The notes below the pieces were generated by a model. The model had not been told where the DNA came from. It ran no database searches and saw only the letters and a list, made by a program, of their open reading frames with translations. Position numbers and translations under genes: made by a program. A stretch of 12,469 nt of DNA. Source: an uncultured Actinomycetes bacterium. Its GTDB lineage: Bacteria; Actinomycetota; UBA4738; HRBIN12. Position 1 is the stretch's first letter. Each line of letters opens with the position of its first letter. Of the stretch, positions 1-6,629 are shown in pieces. The stretch covers positions 1-12,469 of the forward strand of contig CAVPIB010000013.1 of NCBI GenBank assembly GCA_963704885.1, written 5' to 3'.

Positions 1-125
1 GTTGTTTTCGACCGGCGTGGCCGAAAGGTCGAGTCTTTGACCTGGGCGGCAGCCATCTGTGCCGAGCCGATGGTCAGGACGAGCGAACCTGCGAGCGTGG
101 CGGGAAGCCTGCGGAAGATCGTCAT
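1..125 (-). CDS. Possible partial ORF running off the left edge, with a signal-peptide-like N-terminus
   Basis: ATG at 125 gives MTIFRRLPATLAGSLVLTIGSAQMAAAQVKD..., with a basic N-region, hydrophobic core and AAA-Q. Codons mostly end in G/C. GAGAAT lies 7 nt upstream, the same geometry as at ATG 2185 and 9188. Competes with a structured-RNA reading of the same DNA. Confidence 0.35.
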   Translation of the reverse strand, partial: MTIFRRLPATLAGSLVLTIGSAQMAAAQVKDSTFRPRRSKT

Positions 126-182
126 CGGGCGGATTCTCGCAACCCCAGGCCCGGGCGGCAACCGCATCGTCCGGCCGCGCGG

Positions 183-857
183 TCAAAGCGGCGCTTCTGA
201 GCCGGCCGATGGGGCCGGGGTGCTGAGTCCGCCGGGAGGTCGCCGATGGATGCATGAACTCCACGGACGGTTCCCAGCTGGTTCGTAGGACGTCGACGAG
301 AGAGGGGGCGTGACCACGACGACCGGTCGGCCCTTGGGCCGTGGCGATCGCTCGACATAGCCGGCGACGGTCCACCTCAGCATCTCTTCACCGAGCACCA
401 GCCAGGGCGCGCCCTCCCGAAGAAGGAACACCCCGTCGGGCAGATCGTCGAGAGGCGCCTCGTGGTGGGGCTGTCCGCGCGTCATCTGATCCACCCGCTC
501 GGCGTGCAGCTGCGCGTCGATCGCATCGGCGCCGACCTGGCCGGCGTGGAGAGGGCGCCAGATCTCGGCGAACCTCTTGTAGTCCTCATTGCGGCACTGG
601 GCGCAGGGGCGATGCCCGGCAGCGAACGCGGTCGCCTCATCTAAGAAGAACAGCTCGGTGAAGCGACCCGGCTGCATCAAGGGGTGGCGATGCCAGCCTC
701 GGAATCGCAGCCGGCACGTGATCCAGCGCTTGCCGTTGTACCGGCGTCGTATGCGCGCGACCTCGTCGTGCAGACAACCGCGGTTCCCGTAGACGAGTCC
801 GCGCGCCGGATCGGCGATGAACTTGCCGAGCGGCGTGACCCGGTTCTGCAGGGGCAT
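183..857 (-). CDS. Conserved hypothetical protein with an Ada-like Cys motif (probable metal binding); C-terminus apparently frameshifted at about 304-308
   Basis: Motifs QNRVTP, GNRGCLH, WITC, TELFFLDEATAFAAGHRPCAQCR; GHRPCxxC resembles the Ada metal-binding GFRPCKRC. After VVVTPP the frame looks like junk, while adding one base gives TPPSLVDVLRTSWEPSVEFMHPSA. The true 3' end is uncertain. Confidence 0.75.
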   Translation of the reverse strand: MPLQNRVTPLGKFIADPARGLVYGNRGCLHDEVARIRRRYNGKRWITCRLRFRGWHRHPLMQPGRFTELFFLDEATAFAAGHRPCAQCRNEDYKRFAEIWRPLHAGQVGADAIDAQLHAERVDQMTRGQPHHEAPLDDLPDGVFLLREGAPWLVLGEEMLRWTVAGYVERSPRPKGRPVVVVTPPLSSTSYEPAGNRPWSSCIHRRPPGGLSTPAPSAGSEAPL

Positions 858-878
858 CTCGACGTCACCGATACATCA

Positions 879-1403
879 TCAGAGGGTCGGGGACAGCCGG
901 TACCGAAGCTCCACGAGCCCCGTTGAGTAGGACTTGGCGTGGATCAGATCGGCCGCGGCCGGCCCCGTGTCGCTGAAGAGCCGGACGCCGGCGCCCAGCA
1001 AGACCGGCACCACGAACAGGATCAGCTCGTCGATCGCCTGGGCGCTTAGGAACTGGGCCACTAGCCGCGCACCCCCGACCAGGAAGATCTCGCGCTCCGA
1101 CTCCCTGATCGACGCCACCACGTCGGCCACCGGGCCGCTGACGAAGCGCACGGTCGCTCCCTCAGGAGTCGGGAGTTCCCGATGGGTGAAGACCCAGGTC
1201 GACCGCGTCCCGTACGGCCACTCGCCGCGCGCCACGTCCTGTTGGTACGTGGTGGCCCCCATGACCACGGCGTCGACCTCCGACATGAACCGTCCGAAGC
1301 CGTGATCCTCGCCCTCGACGTTGAAGCGCTCGAGCCACGCGACGCCGCCCTTTGCATCGGCGATGAAACCGTCCAGGCTCGCCGCGATGTAGAGCACGAT
1401 CAT
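879..1403 (-). CDS. Dihydrofolate reductase-fold protein (RibD C-terminal domain family)
   Basis: IVLYIAASLDGFIA, VVMGATTY, IFLVGGARL, IDELILFVVPVLLGAGVRLF, GLVELRY. The start could instead be GTG 1424 or GTG 1466. The 21-bp gap to the next minus-strand gene suggests an operon. Confidence 0.88.
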   Translation of the reverse strand: MIVLYIAASLDGFIADAKGGVAWLERFNVEGEDHGFGRFMSEVDAVVMGATTYQQDVARGEWPYGTRSTWVFTHRELPTPEGATVRFVSGPVADVVASIRESEREIFLVGGARLVAQFLSAQAIDELILFVVPVLLGAGVRLFSDTGPAAADLIHAKSYSTGLVELRYRLSPTL

Positions 1404-1472
1404 CCCCAGGGGCCGCCGGCCCACATCAGGATCCCCGCCACGCGAGACCCCAGCAGCCCGTTCCACGTGGCG

Positions 1473-1478
1473 AGGGTA
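1473..1478 (-). promoter_or_regulatory. Candidate -10 element (TACCCT) for the reductase operon
   Basis: TANNNT hexamer 6 nt upstream of in-frame GTG 1466; no clear -35. Confidence 0.3.
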
Positions 1479-1659
1479 GCGCGAGCAGGATCGGCTTCTC
1501 AGACTCCCGAGTGATCAGGGCATCCCACCGTTCCGACGGGCTACGTTCGGATGGTCAGATAGAGCCATCCATGAGCTTGACGAGCCGATGTCCTTTGGGA
1601 CAACGAAACCTCCAGAGTCCCGACTCATGAAGAGCGGCCTGCGTGCCGACCATTGCACT

Positions 1660-1974
1660 ATGAGAGAACCGATCCCGTTCCTTCGAGAGGCCGCTGTAAC
1701 TATCGTGCCCCAGCTCTCGGACGAGCAGCTCGAACGCATCGGCGGCGAGCTCGCCTCGCAGAGCAACCCTTTCCTGCTGGTCAGCCGGGTGAGCGACTGC
1801 ACGGCGTTGATCCAGGGGATCCCGGTAACCGCCGAGTCGCCGCACGAAGCCGACGCGCTCACGTGGGACATCGTCCACAGCCATGTGAGCGCAGCCTTGT
1901 GCGAACCGTGGGACTGGGACACGACCGTCACCGCGATCGACGTCCGATCGGCCGACGGGGCCCTCGCCTCCTAG
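1660..1974 (+). CDS. Hypothetical acidic protein (about 104 aa)
   Basis: Open frame with coding-like G/C-ending codons fills the gap before the tRNA. No recognisable motif. The start is uncertain (1588, 1627 or 1660). Confidence 0.45.
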   Translation: MREPIPFLREAAVTIVPQLSDEQLERIGGELASQSNPFLLVSRVSDCTALIQGIPVTAESPHEADALTWDIVHSHVSAALCEPWDWDTTVTAIDVRSADGALAS

Positions 1975-2014
1975 CGCGAACCCGTAGCCGGACCTCGATA
2001 CGGAAGCGTCGCAG

Positions 2015-2086
2015 AGCCGGAGCGGGGATTCGAACCCCGGACCTACCACTTACGAGGCGGTTGCTCTACCACTGAGCTACTCCGGC
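2015..2086 (-). tRNA. tRNA-Thr(CGT), CCA not encoded
   Basis: GCCGGAG TA GCTC AGTGGTA GAGC A ACCGC CTCGTAA GTGGT AGGTC CGGGG TTCGAAT CCCCG CTCCGGC T forms a full cloverleaf with anticodon CGT and a TTCGAAT T-loop. Confidence 0.97.
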
Positions 2087-2097
2087 GGCGGCTGCCG

Positions 2098-2103
2098 AGT
2101 CTA
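2098..2103 (-). promoter_or_regulatory. Candidate -10 (TAGACT) of the tRNA-Thr gene
   Basis: TANNNT hexamer 11 nt upstream of the mature tRNA 5' end. Confidence 0.5.
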
Positions 2104-2110
2104 CCGAACG

Positions 2111-2177
2111 GGTGCTGGCACCACGGGAGGAGCGGCGGTCTGCACGGTCGTCGAGTTGAGCCTCCATCAGCGATGAT
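2111..2177 (+). promoter_or_regulatory. Candidate response-regulator boxes plus weak -10 (GATGAT) for the USP-kinase gene
   Basis: GGTGCTGGCACCAC (2111-2124) and GCGGCGGTCTGCAC (2132-2145) match GGGGGTAGCACCAC (9092-9105) and GCGGTGGTCTCCAC (9112-9125). GATGAT (2172-2177) is 7 nt before ATG 2185. Confidence 0.55.
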
Positions 2178-2184
2178 GCCCTCC

Positions 2185-4296
2185 ATGAGCTCCGGCGTAA
2201 GCGTCAACACCCAGGGGCAGGTCGGCCGTGTGATGGTGGGAACCGACCGATCGGAGACCGCCGAGCGCGCCGTCCGGTGGGCCGCCTCGTTCGCGGAGCT
2301 GTACGCCGCGGACCTCCACATCGTTCAGGTGATCCTGCCGAGCCACCCGTCTGACACCGAGTTCGGAGCCGCCGAGGCAACACGCGCTCGCGGTGCTGCC
2401 GACGAACTTCAGACCTACGCCACCCAGATCGCCGGCGAACGCGGCAAGGCCCACGTGGTGATCGACGACGACCCCGCGATGGCCATCGTGCACGCCACCG
2501 AGGAGCACTCGATCGACGTCCTGGTGGTGGGCAACGCGGGGATGGCGGGCCGCAAGGAGTTCTTGCTGGGGAACGTCCCCAACCGGATCAGCCACAATGC
2601 GCGCTGCACGGTGATCATCGTGAACACGGCGGCTGACGGACAGGCGGCCGCGACCGGCGTTTCGCGCGCACCTGCGTCGATCCGCTCAAGCGCCGTCGAG
2701 GTCGAGACCGAGCCGCACCTGGTCGCGCGCGGCACCAAGATCGCGAGCGTCTTCGCCAAGCACGGACTGAAGGAGCTGTTCGGCCGGCCCGACGAGGAGG
2801 GATCGGTCGGCAAGGTCCGTCAGGCTAAGCGCCTGCGCTCTGCCCTGGAGGAGCTGGGGCCGACGTTCGCCAAGATCGGGCAGATCCTGTCCACGCGGCC
2901 AGACCTGCTGCCCCCGGAGTTCATCCAGGAGCTGGCCACCCTGCAGGACGACGTGCCACCGCTCCCCGAGGAACAGGTGGTCCGGGTCATGGAGCAGGAG
3001 CTGGGAGTGCCGTGGGAGGACGTTTTCGATCACATCGAACCCCAGCCGTTGGCCGCGGGAACCATCGCGCAGGTGCACCGGGCGGTGCTGGCCAACGCCG
3101 AGCGAGTCGTGATCAAGGTCCAGCGCCCCGACGCCAAGGAGCAGATCGAGCAGGACCTGGCACTGCTCGAGGTCTTCGCGGAGAAGGTGAGCCACCGCCC
3201 CGGGCTCAAGCAGGTGATCGACATGGAGGCGGTGTTCATCCATCTGTCCGAATCGCTGCACCGAGAGCTGGACTTCCGCCAGGAGGCCGGGAACATGCGT
3301 CGCCTGGCGGCTGTGATCGAGCCGTTCAGCCGGCTGCGGGTTCCCGAGGTGCACGGTGATTACTCCACGTCGCGCTTGTTGGTGATGCGCGACGTCGCCG
3401 GCGGTCCCCTCTCGTCGGCCCCTGAGGGTGGCCCGCGCAGAGAGGCGGCGCGGCAGCTGCTGGAGTCGTTCTACAAGCAGATCCTGGTCGACGGCTTCTT
3501 CCACGCGGATCCGCATCCGGGGAACCTCATGTGGCAGCCCGAGGAAGAGCTCCTCTACTTCTTGGACCTGGGCATGGTCGGCGAGGTGGGCCCCGAGATG
3601 CGCGAGCAGATGATGCTGCTGCTCATGGCCTTCTGGCAGGAGGACGTGGGTTTCCTGACCGACGTATCTCTGATGCTCGCGGGCGCGATCGATCGCAGTG
3701 ATCTGGACGTCGACGCGTTCAGCGAGGAGATCGGCGAGCTGATGGCCAAGAACCGCACGGCCTCGCTCAAGGACATCCAGCTGGGACCCGTGCTGCAAGA
3801 GATGACCGAGATCTCGCTCCGACACGGGGTGCCGCTGCCTGCATCGCTCACGTTGACCGGCAAGGCGCTCGCCCAGATGCAGCTGGCCGCGGCCGAGCTG
3901 GATCCCGAGCTGGATCCGTTCGACGTGGCAGGGAGCTTCCTGATGCGCAGCGTGATGAGGGACATGGGCACCAAGTTCGACCTGAAGGCGATCTTCTACC
4001 AGACCCAGAAGTTCAAGGTGCGCGCGATGCGGGTGGTCGAGGCCGTGGAGCGCCTTATCGGCGCCAGACCGGGCCAGAAACTCGAGGTCAACTTCCGTGC
4101 TTCCACGCTTGAGACGACGATCCGGCGCGCGGGAAGACGCCTCGCCCTGGGCCTGACTGCAGGTGCCGCGATCCTGGCGACGTCGCTCTCGGCTTTGTCC
4201 GCGCGTGTCGCCGGCTGGGTACCCGCGGCGTTCGGGGTCGTGGCAGGCCTGCTCACGCTGGCGCTGGTCGTCGACCTGGTCCGGCGGCGCGACTAG
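2185..4296 (+). CDS. Fusion of an N-terminal universal stress protein domain, an ABC1/UbiB/AarF atypical kinase and C-terminal TM helices
   Basis: USP part: VMVGTDRS...AVRWA, DVLVVGNAGMAGRKEFLLGNVPNRISHNARCTVIIV. Kinase part: LGPTFAKIGQ (KxGQ), LSTRPDLLP, PLAAGTIAQVH, IKVQRP, ELDF, GFFHADPHPGN, DLGMVG. Two hydrophobic segments precede RRRD. The start could be 2173, 2176 or 2185. Confidence 0.92.
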   Translation: MSSGVSVNTQGQVGRVMVGTDRSETAERAVRWAASFAELYAADLHIVQVILPSHPSDTEFGAAEATRARGAADELQTYATQIAGERGKAHVVIDDDPAMAIVHATEEHSIDVLVVGNAGMAGRKEFLLGNVPNRISHNARCTVIIVNTAADGQAAATGVSRAPASIRSSAVEVETEPHLVARGTKIASVFAKHGLKELFGRPDEEGSVGKVRQAKRLRSALEELGPTFAKIGQILSTRPDLLPPEFIQELATLQDDVPPLPEEQVVRVMEQELGVPWEDVFDHIEPQPLAAGTIAQVHRAVLANAERVVIKVQRPDAKEQIEQDLALLEVFAEKVSHRPGLKQVIDMEAVFIHLSESLHRELDFRQEAGNMRRLAAVIEPFSRLRVPEVHGDYSTSRLLVMRDVAGGPLSSAPEGGPRREAARQLLESFYKQILVDGFFHADPHPGNLMWQPEEELLYFLDLGMVGEVGPEMREQMMLLLMAFWQEDVGFLTDVSLMLAGAIDRSDLDVDAFSEEIGELMAKNRTASLKDIQLGPVLQEMTEISLRHGVPLPASLTLTGKALAQMQLAAAELDPELDPFDVAGSFLMRSVMRDMGTKFDLKAIFYQTQKFKVRAMRVVEAVERLIGARPGQKLEVNFRASTLETTIRRAGRRLALGLTAGAAILATSLSALSARVAGWVPAAFGVVAGLLTLALVVDLVRRRD

Positions 4297-4313
4297 TCCA
4301 GCTCAGACTAGTC
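4291..4313. terminator. Hairpin between convergent genes (GACTAGTC-N7-GACTAGTC), possible bidirectional terminator
   Basis: A self-complementary 8-mer occurs twice and can form an 8-bp stem with a 7-nt loop on either strand; no U-tract. Confidence 0.35.
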
Positions 4314-4326
4314 AGCCGGCCGAAGA

Positions 4327-4527
4327 TCACGGCTCGTCGAGCTTCGCCTCCGTCCCTTTCGTGGTGATCGTCGTGGGTTCTGGCGTCGTGGCGCCGCCCT
4401 TCTTCCTCACCGAGCGCATGACGACCTTCTCGAGCACGAAGGCGATCACCGCCATGATCACGCCAACGGCCCAGCGTTCGAACCGGCGGATCCCTTTCGG
4501 CTTCTTTGTCGTCACGCGCCCGGTCAC
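4327..4527 (-). CDS. Small single-pass membrane protein (66 aa)
   Basis: The GTG start overlaps the kinase TGA (GTGA) and has GAGG upstream. Basic N-terminus, hydrophobic WAVGVIMAVIAFVL, Thr-rich tail, coding-like codon usage. Confidence 0.7.
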   Translation of the reverse strand: MTGRVTTKKPKGIRRFERWAVGVIMAVIAFVLEKVVMRSVRKKGGATTPEPTTITTKGTEAKLDEP

Positions 4528-6629
4528 GCGGGCACCTCGGCATCCGACAGACGGAGTCGCCCCTCGATCGTGGTGCCGCGTCCCGGCGACGATGTGACCA
4601 CGAGCTCGCCGTCCTGGGCGCCCAGTCGGTCGGCCATCCCCTGCAACCCGGAACCGCCGACGCTGGATACCGGATCGAAACCGCGACCATCGTCCGCAAC
4701 GATGAACGTGAGCACGCGATCGCGTTCGGCGAGCGACACGGTCACCGACGACGCGTCCGCGTACTTGGCCACGTTCTGAAGCGCCTCCAGGCAGGAGAAG
4801 TACACGGCGGCCTCGACCTCCTGCGGGTAGCGACCTATCCCGTCGGCCTCGATCTGCACCGGCAACCCACTCTTGCGGCCCTGCGCCGCGAGTGCGGCGG
4901 CGAGACCCTTGTCGGCCAGGAGCGGTGGGTAGATGCCTCTCGCTAGGTCCCGCAGGTCCTCCAATGCGGAGTTCGTCTCACCCTGGAGCTGAGCGAGCAA
5001 CTCGTGAGCTTGTGTCGCATCGCGTTCGACCAGGCCATCCGCCAGCCGCAGCTTCACCGACAGGGCCACCAACTGTTGCTGCGCGCCGTCATGGATGTTG
5101 CGCTCGAGCTTGCGACGCTCCTCGTCCTGGGCCGAGACCAGCCGGCGCTGCGCCGCCTTCAGGTCTTCGAGCCGGGCCTTGAGCTCTTCGGTCAAGCGAA
5201 CGTTCCTCAGCACCAGCCCGGCCTGGGACGCCAGGCCGGCGATCAGCTTCTCATCCGCCGCGGAGACCGGATCGCTCGCCGGCTTGCGGACGGCGAGCGC
5301 ACCCAGCAGCTCACCGCCCTGTTCGACCGGATAGACGCGGTCGGCGCCCTCGATCGATGGCATCGCGCCGTTCGCCAGAGGTATCGCCGATGCGCCGCCC
5401 GCGTCGGGTGGCCAGGCCGCCACATCGCGCAGCTCCCGGTCGACCGCGAGCCAGACGTCGGCCCGATCGGCGCCGACCCCTTCGCCCAGGATGCGGGCCA
5501 TACGAGGCAGGACGTCTTCGTCGGCGTATGCCTCCCCCACTCGCTCGGAGAACTCGGAGAGGACCTCGTACGGTGTCGCGCGCTTGCCGTACACCAAACG
5601 GTTCGCGAAGCGACCGGCGCGGCTGCGTATCGGGAAGATCAGTAACCCGATCGCCAGGCCGATCAGCACTTGCCAGGCATCTACGCCCGACCCTGAGCCG
5701 CGTCCGAGCACGATGGTCGGCAGAGCGATCGCCACCATCAGGTAGAAGGCCGTCACCGCCACGACCACCGTAGCGAAGATCACGGTCTTCTTGATCACGA
5801 CGTCAAGGTCGTACAGGTGGAACCGAAGGACAGCGATGCCGATGGACAGCGGGAACATCAGGAACGCAACACCGCCGATCACCGAACTCAACAGCGTGTC
5901 CTGGCTGGAGAAGCTGGTGCTGGTGATCGCCAGGAGCGCAGCCACGAGACCGAACACGACCCACTTGATCTGTTGGCGTTCGAGGCCTGACGACCTCCGG
6001 AAACGGAGGACCAACGAGACGATCGAGGCCCCGAAGATGGCGGGGAACAGGATGCCGATCACCGGATCCAGGTTGGGGAAACCTCCGATAGCGTCGACGT
6101 AGAAGGGGTTCTTTACCCCGACGTCGGCCGAACCCGTCAGGACCTCTTGGCCGAAGGCGAGATTCATCGCCAAGATCACGATGAACGCGGCGATGAACCA
6201 CAGCAACGGGCGCCATCTCCTCGATGGAAGGCGGCCGTCCGGGAACAGCAGCGGCAGGAGGAACACCATCAGCAGGATCCCGAACATCCACCCGGCGCTG
6301 TTCAGGAAGCCGCACACTACGACCAACCATCCCTCGGTGCCGTGCGTCACCGCGTAGGTGAACCACTCTCCGCTGAGGAAGGACAGAGCGGTGAAGAACG
6401 ACGACCACATGAGCAGAAGCCCGATGGTGTTCCGCCGGTCGCGGCTCACGATGAGCGCGCCCACAGCGCCGAACATCGAGAAAGCGATCACGTACGGGAT
6501 CTGCTCGGCAAGGGACTCGCCGTTGAGCTCGACGAGGACCATGCTGGCCGTCGCCACCACAAGGAAACCGGCGAAAGCCACCCAGGGCCACCGCGCGGGG
6601 CGCAACGACAACTCAGGAGATGACGACAA
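4524..6629 (-). CDS. Membrane sensor histidine kinase HK1 (multi-TM, GAF-like, HisKA_3, HATPase_c)
   Basis: H-box ERRKLERNIHDGAQQQL, RGIYPPLL, N-box EALQNVAKYA, G1 DDGRGFD, G2 GSGLQGM, PGRGT; about 10 hydrophobic segments. TTG start with GGAGG 6 nt upstream, overlapping the cyclase gene by 17 bp. Confidence 0.93.
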   Translation of the reverse strand: MSSSPELSLRPARWPWVAFAGFLVVATASMVLVELNGESLAEQIPYVIAFSMFGAVGALIVSRDRRNTIGLLLMWSSFFTALSFLSGEWFTYAVTHGTEGWLVVVCGFLNSAGWMFGILLMVFLLPLLFPDGRLPSRRWRPLLWFIAAFIVILAMNLAFGQEVLTGSADVGVKNPFYVDAIGGFPNLDPVIGILFPAIFGASIVSLVLRFRRSSGLERQQIKWVVFGLVAALLAITSTSFSSQDTLLSSVIGGVAFLMFPLSIGIAVLRFHLYDLDVVIKKTVIFATVVVAVTAFYLMVAIALPTIVLGRGSGSGVDAWQVLIGLAIGLLIFPIRSRAGRFANRLVYGKRATPYEVLSEFSERVGEAYADEDVLPRMARILGEGVGADRADVWLAVDRELRDVAAWPPDAGGASAIPLANGAMPSIEGADRVYPVEQGGELLGALAVRKPASDPVSAADEKLIAGLASQAGLVLRNVRLTEELKARLEDLKAAQRRLVSAQDEERRKLERNIHDGAQQQLVALSVKLRLADGLVERDATQAHELLAQLQGETNSALEDLRDLARGIYPPLLADKGLAAALAAQGRKSGLPVQIEADGIGRYPQEVEAAVYFSCLEALQNVAKYADASSVTVSLAERDRVLTFIVADDGRGFDPVSSVGGSGLQGMADRLGAQDGELVVTSSPGRGTTIEGRLRLSDAEVPA

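Noticed and set aside
35-188. Cobalamin or lysine riboswitch, SRP RNA or raiA motif
   Set aside because: Only isolated words (GGGAAG, GGTCAGG, GGTCAAAG) match; the conserved cores are missing.
1400-1500. Hydrophobic minus-strand frame (ATLATWNGLLGSRVAGILMWAGGPWG) ending on the reductase ATG
   Set aside because: No start codon at its 5' end after an upstream stop; too short to support as a gene or remnant.
1570-1630. Hammerhead-like TTGACGA...GAAAC...GTC
   Set aside because: The core has U instead of C3 without compensation, stem III is marginal and stem I does not pair next to the cleavage site.
1-2086. Genomic island integrated at tRNA-Thr
   Set aside because: No integrase, no duplicated tRNA 3' end (only a 7-nt GAGCCGG match near 200) and no obvious compositional shift in the window.
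2185-4296. Gene symbol ubiB and a ubiquinone synthesis role
   Set aside because: Family-level match only; no ubi genes nearby and the domain architecture differs.
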